Shown: positions 26,959 through 39,018, numbered from the whole stretch's first letter. The stretch is DNA of 63,665 nucleotides, filler included, from an uncultured Synergistales bacterium (GCA_937897575.1; 5 parts of 5 records of this genome joined end to end with filler, not necessarily neighbours in it); one strand, 5' to 3'. Numbers and translations: made by a program. The notes: a model not told the origin generated them from the letters alone.

Positions 26959-28933
26959 GTGTCCATTCCTTCCCTTCCAGTGAGACGAGGGCGTCCCGCA
27001 TCCGGGCCGCCTTCTCGAAATCGAGGCGCTCGACGGCCTCCCACATCATCTTCTCCAGTTCGGCGTGCGAGTAGGTTCGCTCCTTTTCGGCGGAGGACTT
27101 CCCTCCTCCGCGGGGTGTCCCGTCGGAGACGAGTTCCTCGGGGAGCAGGTTGGTCACTTCCTTCTGTATGGAGGTCGGAGTGATGCCCCGCTCCTCATTG
27201 TACTTCATCTGGAGGGCTCGTCGCCTCTCCGTCTCCTCCACCGACTTTCGGATGCTCTCCGTCACTTCGTCGGCGTAGAGGATGACCTTGCCGCAGGTGT
27301 TGCGCGCGGCGCGCCCCATCATCTGGATGAGGGATCGCTCGGAGCGAAGGAAGCCCTCCCTGTCGGCGTCGAGGATGGCCACGAGGGCCACCTCCGGGAG
27401 GTCCATCCCCTCCCGGAGCAGGTTGATTCCGACGAGGACGGATATCTCGCCGCTCCGGAGATCCCGGATGAGGTCCGCCCGTTCGAAGGTGTCGAGCTCC
27501 GAGTGAATGTACCGGACTTTGAACTGAAGGTCCGCGAGGTACTCGGCGAGGTCTTCGGACGACTTCTTCGTGAGCGTCGTGACGATGGCCCGCTGACCGG
27601 CGCGGACGATGGTCCGCAGGCGGGCGATGAGGTCGTCGATCTGGGTCCTCGCCGGCAGGACCTCCACCTCGGGGTCCAGAACGCCCGTGGGCCGGATGAT
27701 CTGCTCCACGACCTGCCCCGAGACCGTGATCTCGTAGTCTCCGGGGGTCGCCGTGGTGAAGAGGACCTGGTTCATGTACTTCGTGAACTCCCTCCACTCA
27801 AGGGGGCGGTTGTCGAGGCAGGAGGGCAGCCTGAAACCGTTCTCCACCAGGGTGATCTTCCGTGCCCTGTCCCCGTTGAACATGCCGCGGACCTGGGGGA
27901 GCGTGATGTGGGATTCGTCGACCACCATGATGAAGTCCTCGGGAAAGAAATCGAGGAGTGTCCCGGGCGGTTCACCGGGGCTCCGGCCGTCGAGGTACCG
28001 CGAGTAGTTCTCGATCCCCGAGCAGTACCCCGTCTCCTGGAGCATTTCGAGGTCATAGAGCGTCCGCATTCTGATCCGCTGCGCCTCGAGCAATTTTCCC
28101 TGCCCTTCGAAGAGGGCGACCTGCTCCTCCATCTCCGCCCGAATCGGGGCCACGGCCTTCGATATGGCGTCCCGGTCGGTGATGTAGTGCTGGGCGGGGA
28201 AGATGGAGGCCTGCCCCAGGCTTTCGATGATCTTGCCCGAGATCGGGTCGAACTCCTCGATGCGCTCGATCTCGTCGTCGTAGAATCCTACGCGGAGCGC
28301 CCTGTCCCCGTAGGCCGGGAATATCTCCACGATATCCCCCCGGGCCCTGAACTTTCCGTGCTCCACGACCAGATCGTTGCGCTCGTAGTAGTTGTCCATC
28401 AGCTTCTCCATGAAGCTTCGCCGCTCCCAGCGCTCCCCCACGGCAAAGGGGAAGATGACCTTCGAGTAGGTCTCCTTCCGGCCGAGGCCGTAGATGCATG
28501 AGACGCTCGCCACGACGATGACGTCCCGGCGTTCGATGAGCGCCTTCGTCGAGGCGAGCCGGAGCCGTTCGATGCGGTCGTTCACCGAGGCGTCCTTTTC
28601 GATGTAGGTGTCCGTGGAGGGGACGTAGGCCTCAGGCTGATAGTAGTCGTAATAGCTGACGAAGTAGTTCACCGAGTTGCTCGGGAAGAACGCCTTGAAC
28701 TCGCTGTACAGCTGCGCGGCGAGGGTCTTGTTGTGAGCGAGGACCAGCACGGGGCGTTTCGCCCCGGCGATGACGTTGGCCACGGTGAACGTCTTTCCGC
28801 TCCCCGTGACGCCGAGGAGCGTCTGATATTGCAGCCCCGAGGCGATGCCCTCCGAAAGCTTCCCGATCGCCTGGGGTTGATCCCCGGCAGGAGGCCAGTT
28901 GGCCTCGAGCTGAAAGTCCCTTTCCATGAACAT
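26897..28933 (-). CDS. uvrB: Excinuclease ABC subunit B
   Basis: [38 protein letters not shown] and the C-terminal UVR motif; RBS GGAGGT before ATG 28933. Confidence 0.96.
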   Translation of the reverse strand: MFMERDFQLEANWPPAGDQPQAIGKLSEGIASGLQYQTLLGVTGSGKTFTVANVIAGAKRPVLVLAHNKTLAAQLYSEFKAFFPSNSVNYFVSYYDYYQPEAYVPSTDTYIEKDASVNDRIERLRLASTKALIERRDVIVVASVSCIYGLGRKETYSKVIFPFAVGERWERRSFMEKLMDNYYERNDLVVEHGKFRARGDIVEIFPAYGDRALRVGFYDDEIERIEEFDPISGKIIESLGQASIFPAQHYITDRDAISKAVAPIRAEMEEQVALFEGQGKLLEAQRIRMRTLYDLEMLQETGYCSGIENYSRYLDGRSPGEPPGTLLDFFPEDFIMVVDESHITLPQVRGMFNGDRARKITLVENGFRLPSCLDNRPLEWREFTKYMNQVLFTTATPGDYEITVSGQVVEQIIRPTGVLDPEVEVLPARTQIDDLIARLRTIVRAGQRAIVTTLTKKSSEDLAEYLADLQFKVRYIHSELDTFERADLIRDLRSGEISVLVGINLLREGMDLPEVALVAILDADREGFLRSERSLIQMMGRAARNTCGKVILYADEVTESIRKSVEETERRRALQMKYNEERGITPTSIQKEVTNLLPEELVSDGTPRGGGKSSAEKERTYSHAELEKMMWEAVERLDFEKAARMRDALVSLEGKEWTRVAVDTHSRSKRAQFKKHRR

Positions 28934-28965
28934 GTTTGCTGTACCTCCCTGAATGGCGGGGGCGC

Positions 28966-29006
28966 AAAAAACAGATGAGGCCGGATGCACGCCCCGGCCT
29001 CGTCTG
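28966..29006 (-). terminator. Intrinsic terminator after ftsH
   Basis: Minus strand: CAGACGAGGCCGG-N9-CCGGCCTCATCTG followed by T6. Confidence 0.7.
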
Positions 29007-29026
29007 CAGATGACGCTGGCTGTCCG

Positions 29027-30937
<1,911 letters not shown>

Positions 30938-30974
30938 CGTATCGCAGCCCCCCGCCTATGAATGAGATCGTAGT

Positions 30975-31511
30975 TCAATCCGCCGCCTCCACTGTCCGGA
31001 TATCGGGGTACCCTCGCCACTTGCCCGAGTAGTCCAGCCCGTACCCGACGACGAAGGTGTCGGGGATCGAAAATCCTCTGTATCGTATGGGAACGTGCAC
31101 CCTTCGGCGCTCCTCCTTGTCGAGGAGCGCGCATATCTGGAGGCTCCTGGGCTCACGCTCGTGCATCAGTTTGACAAGATACGCCAGGGTGAGGCCCGTG
31201 TCAACAATGTCCTCCACGAGGAGGATATTCCTGCCCTTGATGCTGCTGTCGAGGTCCTTCACGATCCGGACGATGCCGCTCGTCTTCGTGGAGTCCCCGT
31301 AGGAGGAGACGGCCATGAAGTCGAGGGAGACCTCCACGGTGGCCGGGATGGCGCGCACAAGGTCGGACAGGAAGATCACGGCGCCTTTCAGGATGCCGAT
31401 CACCATCAGGTCCTGTCCGTCATAGTCCCGACCGATGTCCTCTCCGAGTTTGCGCACCTTTTCGGCAATCTGTTCCGCTGAGATGAGCACGTCCGAAACG
31501 CTGTAGTTCAT
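30975..31511 (-). CDS. hpt: Hypoxanthine phosphoribosyltransferase
   Basis: GILKGA, DFMAVSSYG, LLVEDIVDTGLTL and FVVGYGLD; conserved tilS-hpt-ftsH order. Confidence 0.95.
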   Translation of the reverse strand: MNYSVSDVLISAEQIAEKVRKLGEDIGRDYDGQDLMVIGILKGAVIFLSDLVRAIPATVEVSLDFMAVSSYGDSTKTSGIVRIVKDLDSSIKGRNILLVEDIVDTGLTLAYLVKLMHEREPRSLQICALLDKEERRRVHVPIRYRGFSIPDTFVVGYGLDYSGKWRGYPDIRTVEAAD

Positions 31512-31527
31512 CGTTCAGTTCCTTTCC

Positions 31528-32904
31528 TCAGTCATGTCGTCCTGTATCGCACTCGCAGGACGCCCGTATCCGGACAGCCCCGCACCTCGCGCTCCGGAGC
31601 CCGGGGCGCGTTCTGCTCTGCCAGAAGGGGATCCACCGAAGGCCGCCCGATAGGAGCGTGGGAAAAAAAGAGCGCCCCCACGGTGGAACGACGCCGCTGT
31701 CCTCCTCCGTCGCGGGGCGGATCTCAAACCACCCGTCCGTGGGCAACACGGCCTGCATCGCCCCGAGGTAGGAGTCCGGTTCGGTGACGCGCTCCCACGA
31801 AAACGACCACCTTTGCCAGCGCGCCGCACCGGACGCTCCGGTCAGGGGGATCCTCACGGCGCTTCGGTCCGCCTGGTCCAGTATAGCAGGATCTGCCCAT
31901 GATACCAGATCGGAGGCACTGAAGACAGACACCTCTTTTTGCCATTGAAAGCACCACCCCGACGACCGCCGGACGAGGGCGACCAGACGGGTTATCCTCT
32001 CCCGCGGCAGGGTGGACAGTCCAAGGTCCCGCCCTACTCCCCTCAGGAGGGTGGCCAGCGTCTCGTCGTCCAGGTCCCGGAGGAAGGAGAGGGCGGCGGT
32101 ATAGCGCGTGCCCGGAATCCGGCGGCGAGCCAGCGCGACGAGGAGGGGCCATGCCCTCTCCTCCCGGTCGCGGATGACCTTCATATGGCGGGTGGCGCCG
32201 AGAATATGCTCCCGGGCCCTCGGGTTGTACTCCCTCTGCAGCAGAGGGATGAGCCTGTTTCGAACTCTGTTGCGGAGATAAGTGTCGTCTTCGTTGCTTC
32301 TGTCCTCCCGCCAGGAGATGTGATGGTACTCGAGGGTCTCTCTGAGGAAGGCTCGTGAAAACCCGAGAAGGGGGCGGACGATGGAGCCCCGGCACTCGGG
32401 GATGCCGGCGAGGCCCCGCGGCCCACTGCCGCGGAGGAGGTTCAGAAGAAAGGTCTCGGCGTCGTCGTCGGCCGTATGTGCCACGGCAATTCCCCATCCT
32501 CTCTCGGAGGCTCGCACTCTTTCGAGGAAGTCGTACCGGATTCGCCGGGCACCGTCCTCGAAGGACTCTCCCTTTCGAAGAAGGGACGTTACCGGCAGCG
32601 CTTCGATCCGGACGGGGACGTTGAAATGCTCCGCCATCTCCCGGACGAATCGGGCATCGTCCCGCGCCTCGGCGCCCCTGAGCTGGTGGTCCAGATGGGC
32701 GACGACGACGTTCCCCCGCCAGAGGCGGCAGAACATCCAGAGCATGGCCATGGAGTCGCTTCCGCCCGACACGGCGAGCACCATGGGCAACTCCGTGTTC
32801 CACCAGCCCTGGTTCAGGCCTGCGGTCCGGAATGTCTTGCGCACCTTGTGTTCGGAGTGGTCATAGGGGACCGGGAGGTCGCTGTTTCCATCAGGACGGA
32901 GCAT
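31528..32904 (-). CDS. tilS: tRNA(Ile)-lysidine synthetase
   Basis: AVSGGSDS PP-loop, HLDHQLR, ARRIRY, AHTADDDAET, RPLL and EDRSN..YLRNRVR; RBS AGGAGG. Confidence 0.93.
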   Translation of the reverse strand: MLRPDGNSDLPVPYDHSEHKVRKTFRTAGLNQGWWNTELPMVLAVSGGSDSMAMLWMFCRLWRGNVVVAHLDHQLRGAEARDDARFVREMAEHFNVPVRIEALPVTSLLRKGESFEDGARRIRYDFLERVRASERGWGIAVAHTADDDAETFLLNLLRGSGPRGLAGIPECRGSIVRPLLGFSRAFLRETLEYHHISWREDRSNEDDTYLRNRVRNRLIPLLQREYNPRAREHILGATRHMKVIRDREERAWPLLVALARRRIPGTRYTAALSFLRDLDDETLATLLRGVGRDLGLSTLPRERITRLVALVRRSSGWCFQWQKEVSVFSASDLVSWADPAILDQADRSAVRIPLTGASGAARWQRWSFSWERVTEPDSYLGAMQAVLPTDGWFEIRPATEEDSGVVPPWGRSFFPTLLSGGLRWIPFWQSRTRPGLRSARCGAVRIRASCECDTGRHD

Positions 32905-32926
32905 AGTTTCGCCTCCTGAAAAAGAC

Positions 32927-32954
32927 AAAGGCGGAGAGCAAGCTCTCCGCCTTT
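32927..32954 (-). terminator. Terminator downstream of tRNA-Met
   Basis: AAAGGCGGAGAGC-AA-GCTCTCCGCCTTT inverted repeat, followed on the minus strand by GTCTTTTT. Confidence 0.75.
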
Positions 32955-32968
32955 CGATTCCTTCAAAG

Positions 32969-33023
32969 TGGTGGCGGTGACTGGAATCGAACCAGTGACA
33001 CTGCGGGTATGAACCGCATGCTC
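32969..33023 (-). tRNA. tRNA-Met(CAT), elongator-like, 5' part lost at the contig end
   Basis: Minus strand GAGCA-TGCGG-TTCATAC-CCGCA-GTGTC-ACTGGTTCGATTCCAGT-CACCGCC-ACCA. Confidence 0.88.
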
Positions 33024-33123
33024 NNNNNNNNNNNNNNNNNNNNNNNNNNNNNNNNNNNNNNNNNNNNTTAATTAATTAANNNNNNNNNNNNNNNNNNNNN
33101 NNNNNNNNNNNNNNNNNNNNNNN
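33024..33123. other. Artificial contig linker
   Basis: N44-TTAATTAATTAA-N44. Confidence 0.97.
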
Positions 33124-33124
33124 C

Positions 33125-33985
33125 CGGGCCTTTCCCGTCGGAGGGTTCGTCCGCCTCGCGGGCATGGACGAGGAGGCCGAGGGGGAGGTCGTGGAGCAGG
33201 GCCGCGGCTTTTACGACAAGGCCCCTTGGAAGCGCTTCCTCATCCTGTTCAACGGTGCGCTGTTCAACGTCCTCCTCGCGACGGTCCTGACCATGTTCTT
33301 CCTCGCGGGGCACGGCGTCGTGGACCTCGGAAACGCGACCATAGGAGAGCTCATGGACGGCTATCCGGCTCAGGCGGCGGGGCTCGTCCCGGGGGACAGG
33401 GTGTTGTCCGTGAACGGAACGGCCGTGACAACGTGGAGCGATATGTCGGAGAAAATCCGGGAGGAAGCCCTCAAGGGCCCCGTGACCTTCGTCGTTCAGA
33501 GAGGGGCGGAGCAGATCTCCTATACCGTCGCCATACCGAGGGACGGGACGACGGGCGTTCCCCTGCTCGGGGTGCGGCCGTCCATGCGCCACTACACCCC
33601 GGGCGAAGCCCTTCGCTCGGCCTTCTCCCACACCGTCACCATGAGCGCCGAGATGCTCCGCGGCATCGTCCGCTGGGTCACGGGAGCGGAAAAGGCGGAC
33701 GTCACCGGGCCGTTGGGGATCGCAGCCATGGCGGGGCAGGCCGCAAGCCGGGGGCTCTGGACCTTCATCTCCTTTCTCTCCCTCATCAACCTGAACCTGG
33801 GGCTCATCAACCTCCTGCCCTTTCCCGCCCTCGACGGCGGACGGCTCTTCTTCACGCTGGGGGAGATGATCCTGCGGCGAAGGCTTCCTCCGAAGCTGGA
33901 GAACTACATCCACATCTCGGGGTTCGTCCTCCTCATCGCGCTCATCCTGTACGTCACATGGCAGGACGTCCTTCGGCTCATCTGA
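33125..33985 (+). CDS. rseP: RIP metalloprotease RseP, 5'-truncated
   Basis: FPVGGFVRLAGM, PDZ domain (PAQAAGLVPGDRV) and NLLPFPALDGG; lies before ispG. Confidence 0.92.
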   Translation, partial: RAFPVGGFVRLAGMDEEAEGEVVEQGRGFYDKAPWKRFLILFNGALFNVLLATVLTMFFLAGHGVVDLGNATIGELMDGYPAQAAGLVPGDRVLSVNGTAVTTWSDMSEKIREEALKGPVTFVVQRGAEQISYTVAIPRDGTTGVPLLGVRPSMRHYTPGEALRSAFSHTVTMSAEMLRGIVRWVTGAEKADVTGPLGIAAMAGQAASRGLWTFISFLSLINLNLGLINLLPFPALDGGRLFFTLGEMILRRRLPPKLENYIHISGFVLLIALILYVTWQDVLRLI

Positions 33986-33995
33986 GGGTGGCACC

Positions 33996-35057
33996 ATGAA
34001 GAAACTGCTGCACATCGGCCCCCTCGCCATCGGCGGAACATCCCCTGTCCGGGTGGAGAGCATGCTCAAGGTCCCCCTCTCCCGCCCGGAGGAGTGTCTC
34101 GCCCAGTGCAACGCCCTCGGACGGGCCTCCTGCGAGCTGGTGCGTGTGGCCTTTCCGTCCCCTGACCTCTCCGGAGAGCTCCGCATGCTGAACGCAGAAT
34201 CCACCGTCCCCCTCATGGCGGACATTCACTTCGACCCGGCCCTCGCACTGGCCGCCCTCGAGGCGGGCGTCCCCTCCATCCGGATCAACCCGGGCAACAT
34301 GGCGCGAAACCGGCTGCGGGACGTCGTCCGAAGCGCGAGAGAACGGAAGGCCGTGATCCGCATCGGGGCCAACGGGGGATCGCTGAACGCGGCGCAGCTG
34401 GCAAAATGCCGCGGCGTCCTGTCCGACGGCCTTGCCGCCGCCGTAGAGGAGCAGCTTCATCTGCTGCTCGACGAAGGGTTCGACGACATCATCCTCTCGG
34501 CGAAATCCTCGTCCGTCGCCGACACCCTGCGGGCAAACGCCCTTCTCTCGGCCAGATATCCGGACTTTCCTCTCCACATCGGCATCACGGAGTCCGGGTC
34601 CGGGAGCGACGGCCTGGTCAAGAGCGCCGCGGGGCTCGCCCTGCTTCTCGGCCAGGGGATGGGGGACACGATCCGCGTGAGCCTCACGGAGCCTCCCGAG
34701 GCGGAGGTCGCCGCGGGGTTCTCGCTCCTTCGCGCCCTCGGCCTCAGGAAGAAGGGCGTCACCGTGATCTCCTGTCCGACGTGCGGCCGGCGCCGGATCG
34801 ACGTCCGGGGCCTGCTCGACAGTCTGTCGGCCTGTTTCGAGACGCTTCCGGACGATACGACCGTGGCCGTCATGGGGTGCGAGGTCAACGGCCCCCAGGA
34901 GGCCCGGGACGCCGATTTCGGCATCGCCGGCACCGCCGCGGGCGTGGCCGTCTTCCGGAGGGGAGAGATTCTGAGGAACGTCGCCCTCGGGGATGTCCCC
35001 GCCGTCGTCGCCGAGTTCGCATCGGAGATCCGGCGGGAGAGGAAGAGGGAGAACTGA
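33996..35057 (+). CDS. ispG: (E)-4-hydroxy-3-methylbut-2-enyl-diphosphate synthase
   Basis: [41 protein letters not shown] and MGCEVNGP motifs. Confidence 0.95.
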   Translation: MKKLLHIGPLAIGGTSPVRVESMLKVPLSRPEECLAQCNALGRASCELVRVAFPSPDLSGELRMLNAESTVPLMADIHFDPALALAALEAGVPSIRINPGNMARNRLRDVVRSARERKAVIRIGANGGSLNAAQLAKCRGVLSDGLAAAVEEQLHLLLDEGFDDIILSAKSSSVADTLRANALLSARYPDFPLHIGITESGSGSDGLVKSAAGLALLLGQGMGDTIRVSLTEPPEAEVAAGFSLLRALGLRKKGVTVISCPTCGRRRIDVRGLLDSLSACFETLPDDTTVAVMGCEVNGPQEARDADFGIAGTAAGVAVFRRGEILRNVALGDVPAVVAEFASEIRRERKREN

Positions 35058-35088
35058 GGGCACTCATATTCAGAAAGGGGAGAGCATC

Positions 35089-36039
35089 ATGGCAGTACAG
35101 CTCAAGGGACGAAGTTTTCTCACGCTCATGGACTTCACGAAGGACGAGATCTATTACCTGCTTGACCTCGCGGCGGACCTGAAGGCCAAGAAGAGGAGCG
35201 GCGTCCGCGGGACGGCTCTTCAGGGCAAGAATATCGCCCTGCTCTTCGAGAAGGCTTCGACGCGGACGCGGTGCGCCTTCACCGTGGCGTGCATCGACGA
35301 AGGAGGGCACCCCGAGTTCCTCGGGAAGAACGACATACACCTGGGCGGCAAGGAGGACGTGCGGGACACGGCCAGAGTCCTCGGCCGGATGTTCGACGGT
35401 ATCCAGTACAGGGGCTTCAAACAGTCCATGGTGGAGGAGCTGGCCCAGTATGCCGGAGTCCCCGTGTGGAACGGCCTCACGGACGTGGATCACCCCACCC
35501 AGATCCTCGCCGACTTCCTCACGCTGCAGGAGAACTTCGGCCGGATGCTGAAGGGCCTTCGGCTCGTCTACTGCGGGGACGGGCGCAACAACATGTCCAA
35601 CGCCCTCATGATCGGCTCAGCCAAGGTCGGAATCCACTACGTCGTCGCCTCGCCGAAGAGCCTCTTCCCCGAGCAGGAGCTCGTCTCGGAGTGCTCGAGG
35701 ATAGCCGAGGCCAGCGGCGGTTCCATCACCATCCTCGAGGACCCGGTGGAGGCAGTCAGGGGCGCGGACGCGCTCTATGCGGACGTCTGGGTGTCCATGG
35801 GGGAAGAGGAGAAGAAGAAGGAGCGGGAGGGGCTCCTCAGGCCGTATCAGGTGAACATGGACCTCGTCCGCGCCTCGGGGAAGGACGGCACGATCTTCCT
35901 CCACTGCCTCCCGGCGGTGAAGGGCCAGGAGGTCACCGAGGAGGTCTTCGAGTCCCCCTGCTCCAAGGTGTTCGACGAGGCGGAGAACAGGATGCACACC
36001 ATCAAGGCCGTCATGGTGGCCACCATAGGCAATCAGTAG
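35089..36039 (+). CDS. argF: Ornithine carbamoyltransferase
   Basis: [30 protein letters not shown] and EAENRMH motifs. Confidence 0.94.
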   Translation: MAVQLKGRSFLTLMDFTKDEIYYLLDLAADLKAKKRSGVRGTALQGKNIALLFEKASTRTRCAFTVACIDEGGHPEFLGKNDIHLGGKEDVRDTARVLGRMFDGIQYRGFKQSMVEELAQYAGVPVWNGLTDVDHPTQILADFLTLQENFGRMLKGLRLVYCGDGRNNMSNALMIGSAKVGIHYVVASPKSLFPEQELVSECSRIAEASGGSITILEDPVEAVRGADALYADVWVSMGEEEKKKEREGLLRPYQVNMDLVRASGKDGTIFLHCLPAVKGQEVTEEVFESPCSKVFDEAENRMHTIKAVMVATIGNQ

Positions 36040-36063
36040 ACGGCGAAAGGACTGGAAGAAGCA

Positions 36064-36249
36064 ATGGAACGAAGTCGGCTTTTCCGATGCGCCTCATGCG
36101 GAACGGAGTTCCGCCTTCCCGAGACGGAGAAGGGGCTCCGCTGCCCTGCCTGCAGGGGAAAGACCCTGATCCTTCTGGAGGGGGCGTCCCTCTCGGGCAG
36201 GAAGTGCTCGGGGTGCTCCGGCGGATCCTGTTCCACCTGAGGCGGATGA
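36064..36249 (+). CDS. Small FmdB-like zinc-ribbon protein, candidate selenoprotein (58 aa if UGA 36238-36240 is a stop; 61 aa if it is Sec)
   Basis: Hand translation: MERSRLFRCASCGTEFRLPETEKGLRCPACRGKTLILLEGASLSGRKCSGCSGGSCST[TGA]GG[TGA]. Too short for the ORF track. Confidence 0.75.
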
Positions 36250-36251
36250 CC

Positions 36252-36276
36252 AGGGCGGCGGTTCGCCGCCCTTTTT
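36252..36276 (+). terminator. Hairpin with U-tract; terminator and candidate bacterial SECIS
   Basis: AGGGCGGCG-GTT-CGCCGCCCT-TTTT, starting 11 nt after the in-frame UGA. Confidence 0.7.
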
Positions 36277-36278
36277 CG

Positions 36279-36686
36279 TCACATCGCCGCCGAGACCGAG
36301 AGGTCCGAGCTCTTGATCCCCCGCACGGCCCGGAGGTCGTCCAGGAACTTCCGGATGACATCGCCCTCGCCCTTGACCACGATGCACTCAAGGCAGTGCA
36401 TGTGGTCCACGTGGACATGGGTCGTGCAGACGATGACGTCGCCGTAGTCGTGCTGAAGGGACGTCAGCGCCTCCGTGGCGTCCTTCGTATGGTGGTCGTA
36501 CATGATCGTCACGGTGCCGAAGATCGTCTCCGTCCCCGTGGCCCACATCTCCCGGGCAAGAGACTCGCGGATAAGCTGCCGGATGGCCTCGGACCGGTTG
36601 GATAAGCCCCGGCGCTGCGTCATTCCGTCGAACTCCTTGAGCAACGACGACGGGATCGCCACGCCGAAACGAGTCAGGGAATCCAT
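36279..36686 (-). CDS. nikR: Nickel-responsive regulator NikR
   Basis: RHH domain RFGVAIP..LL..FD..NRSEAIRQLIR; Ni site YDHH, QHDY and THVHVDHMHCLE. Confidence 0.93.
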   Translation of the reverse strand: MDSLTRFGVAIPSSLLKEFDGMTQRRGLSNRSEAIRQLIRESLAREMWATGTETIFGTVTIMYDHHTKDATEALTSLQHDYGDVIVCTTHVHVDHMHCLECIVVKGEGDVIRKFLDDLRAVRGIKSSDLSVSAAM

Positions 36687-36755
36687 GACCCTACCCCCTC
36701 TCTGGAATTCTCCTCTCCTCCGAGTATAATAAACGGAAATCCGTTTTTTGAAAGG

Positions 36756-37406
36756 GTGAGTGGCCTGTTTCCCGTCCTTCAGATTCTCTTCCCCACAGAC
36801 TGGCGCGAAGGGAGAGCCTCCACCGGCCCGGCGGAGGGGTGGCGGTTGCTGCTGTGCGCCCTTTCCCTGAAGGATGCGGCGGAGTTCGCCCTCTCGGAGA
36901 GGGCCTCCGTCCTCGCCCTCGTGGACGAGGAGCGGGAGCACGTCGCCCTGTTCGACGACGCCGGGAACGAGACCCCCCACTCCTGCGGCCTGCCGTTCGA
37001 CGGAGGGCCGTCGGACGCCTTTCTCCTCGGCGAGGAGGGCCCCTGGACCTGGGGGCTCTCCACGGGCCGGGACATCCTCTTCCCCGAACACGCCCGCGCT
37101 CTTGCGGCCGCGGGCATGGATGTTCTGTGCGTTCTCCCCGGCAGGGTCGAAGAGCGGTCCGCCCTTCCGCTGGACGTCCTGGCGCGGGCGCGGGCCCTGG
37201 AAAACCAGATCTACGTGGTGCTCCTCTCCCCTGAGGGCGAGGAGAGCCTCTTCGTCGGCCCCGGGGGTCTTCCGATCCCTCTGGTGGAGGAGAGGGGCTT
37301 CCCGACGGCGATGGTGGAGAGGAGCGCCGTCGCCTCGGCGCGAAAGGCCCTCCCTCTCCTCGACTTCGCGCGAAAGAGCCCCCTTGCCGGGCTCGCGAAG
37401 CGGTAG
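36756..37406 (+). CDS. Carbon-nitrogen hydrolase (nitrilase)-fold protein, apparently lacking the catalytic Cys
   Basis: GLSTGRDILFPEHARALAAAGMDVL, ARARALENQIYVV and GEESLFVGPGG match the family pattern ICYD..FPE..R.LA..GAD / RA.EN..YV / G.S.I..P.G; TATAAT at 36725. Confidence 0.65.
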   Translation: MSGLFPVLQILFPTDWREGRASTGPAEGWRLLLCALSLKDAAEFALSERASVLALVDEEREHVALFDDAGNETPHSCGLPFDGGPSDAFLLGEEGPWTWGLSTGRDILFPEHARALAAAGMDVLCVLPGRVEERSALPLDVLARARALENQIYVVLLSPEGEESLFVGPGGLPIPLVEERGFPTAMVERSAVASARKALPLLDFARKSPLAGLAKR

Positions 37407-37465
37407 CAACGGGCGCTCTATGCTACAATATTGAGGTTAGGGATATTTCACCGGAAGGAGCAGCG

Positions 37466-38251
37466 ATGATGACATTTCCGCGACGGGACCCGGGGTGCCT
37501 TGCCGAGACGATCGTGGCCTGGCTGAAGGAGAGAGTCTCCCTCGCCGGGGCACAGGGCGGCATCGTGGGCCTGAGCGGCGGTCTCGACTCCGCCGTGGTG
37601 GCCGTCCTGTTGCAGCGTGCCTTCGGCTCGGAGAACATGCTCGCCGTCTTCCTCCCCTGTCGCAGCCTGGAGGGCGACCGGCGGGATTCTCAGCTGCTGG
37701 TGGACGCCTTCGGCCTTCCCTATCGGGAGATCGACCTTACATCGGCCTGCGACGCCCTTCTCTCGACCATCGAGCCGCCCGCCCTCTCCAAGCTCTCCGC
37801 GGCGAACATCAAGCCCAGGCTCCGGATGACGACCCTCTACGCGCTGGCGCAGACCAGGGGGTTCCTCGTCTGCGGCACGAGCAACAGGCCCGAGCTCTAC
37901 ATGGGGTATTCCACGAAGTACGGCGATGGAGGGTGCGACCTTCAGCCCCTGGGGGACCTCCTCAAGAGCGAGGTGCGTTCCCTGGCGGTCCACCTCAAGA
38001 TCCCCGACCCCATCATCGTGAAGCCCCCGTCAGCGGGGCTCTGGGAGGGGCAGACCGACGAACGGGAGATCGGCCTCTCCTACGACGAAATCGACGGATA
38101 TCTCGCGACGGGGACGGCGTCCGCGGCCGTACGGGAGAAGCTCCACCGGATGAACGCCGCGACGGAACACAAGAGGACCATGCCGCCCATCTGCGTCATA
38201 GATGCCCAGAACGGGGCGAGCTGCTCGAACAACAAGACCTTTGGAGGGTGA
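37466..38251 (+). CDS. nadE: NH3-dependent NAD+ synthetase
   Basis: GLSGGLDSAV, NIKPRLRM, GYSTKYGDG and PPSAGLWEGQTDE; no glutaminase domain (261 aa). Confidence 0.93.
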   Translation: MMTFPRRDPGCLAETIVAWLKERVSLAGAQGGIVGLSGGLDSAVVAVLLQRAFGSENMLAVFLPCRSLEGDRRDSQLLVDAFGLPYREIDLTSACDALLSTIEPPALSKLSAANIKPRLRMTTLYALAQTRGFLVCGTSNRPELYMGYSTKYGDGGCDLQPLGDLLKSEVRSLAVHLKIPDPIIVKPPSAGLWEGQTDEREIGLSYDEIDGYLATGTASAAVREKLHRMNAATEHKRTMPPICVIDAQNGASCSNNKTFGG

Positions 38252-38256
38252 TTGTC

Positions 38257-39009
38257 GTGTCAGGACATTCAAAATGGGCAAATATAAAGCACAGAAAGGC
38301 CGCTCAGGACTCGAAGCGGGGGAACCTCTTCCAGAAGCTCGTGAAGGCCGTGATCATAGCGGCGAAGGAGGGCGGCGGCGACCCCGCGATGAACATGCGC
38401 CTCAAGGCCGCCATCGACAGGGCCAAGGCGGCCAGCGTCCCGAACGACAACATCATCCGGGGCATCAAGCGAGGCACCGGGGAGATCGAAGGGGCCCAGT
38501 ACGAGGAGATCACCTACGAGATCTACGGCCCGAGCGGCGTCGCAATCCTTTTGGAGGTGCTCACCGACAACAGGAACAGGACGGCGTCGGAGTTCCGGGC
38601 GCTTCTGACCCGCAACGGAGGAGCGCTGGGCGAGAGCGGGAGCGTGGCCTGGATGTTCGAGCGAAAGGGCGTCGCCGAGGTCTCGGGGAAGGACCTCGAC
38701 GAGGAGGCCATGATGACGGCCGTCCTCGAGGCGGGAGCCGAGGATCTGGAGAGGCAGGACGACGGCTATCTCGTCTACTCCGACTCCAGCATCGTGAACG
38801 ACGTGAAGGAGTCCCTCGAAAAGGCGGGGTACGAGGTGGTCCGGGCCGACTCCGAGATGGTCCCGAAGAACCTGGTCCTCGTGGACAGCAAGGAGAAAGC
38901 CGGCAAAGTGCTCCGTCTGATCGACCTGCTCGAGGAGCACGACGACACCCAGAACGTCTACGCGAACTTCGACATCCCCGACGAGATCATGGACAGCCTG
39001 GAGGAGTAG
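38257..39009 (+). CDS. yebC: YebC/PmpR family protein
   Basis: GTG start, SGHSKWANIKHRK, TDNRNRT, GSVAWMF and DDTQNVYAN. Confidence 0.95.
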   Translation: MSGHSKWANIKHRKAAQDSKRGNLFQKLVKAVIIAAKEGGGDPAMNMRLKAAIDRAKAASVPNDNIIRGIKRGTGEIEGAQYEEITYEIYGPSGVAILLEVLTDNRNRTASEFRALLTRNGGALGESGSVAWMFERKGVAEVSGKDLDEEAMMTAVLEAGAEDLERQDDGYLVYSDSSIVNDVKESLEKAGYEVVRADSEMVPKNLVLVDSKEKAGKVLRLIDLLEEHDDTQNVYANFDIPDEIMDSLEE

Positions 39010-39018
39010 GAAAACCCC

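Noticed and set aside
32969..33023. CAT-anticodon tRNA next to tilS as tRNA-Ile2
   Set aside because: The acceptor 3' strand CACCGCC-A and the CGG-TTCATAC-CCG anticodon arm look like elongator tRNA-Met; the 5' end is missing, so the call is not certain.
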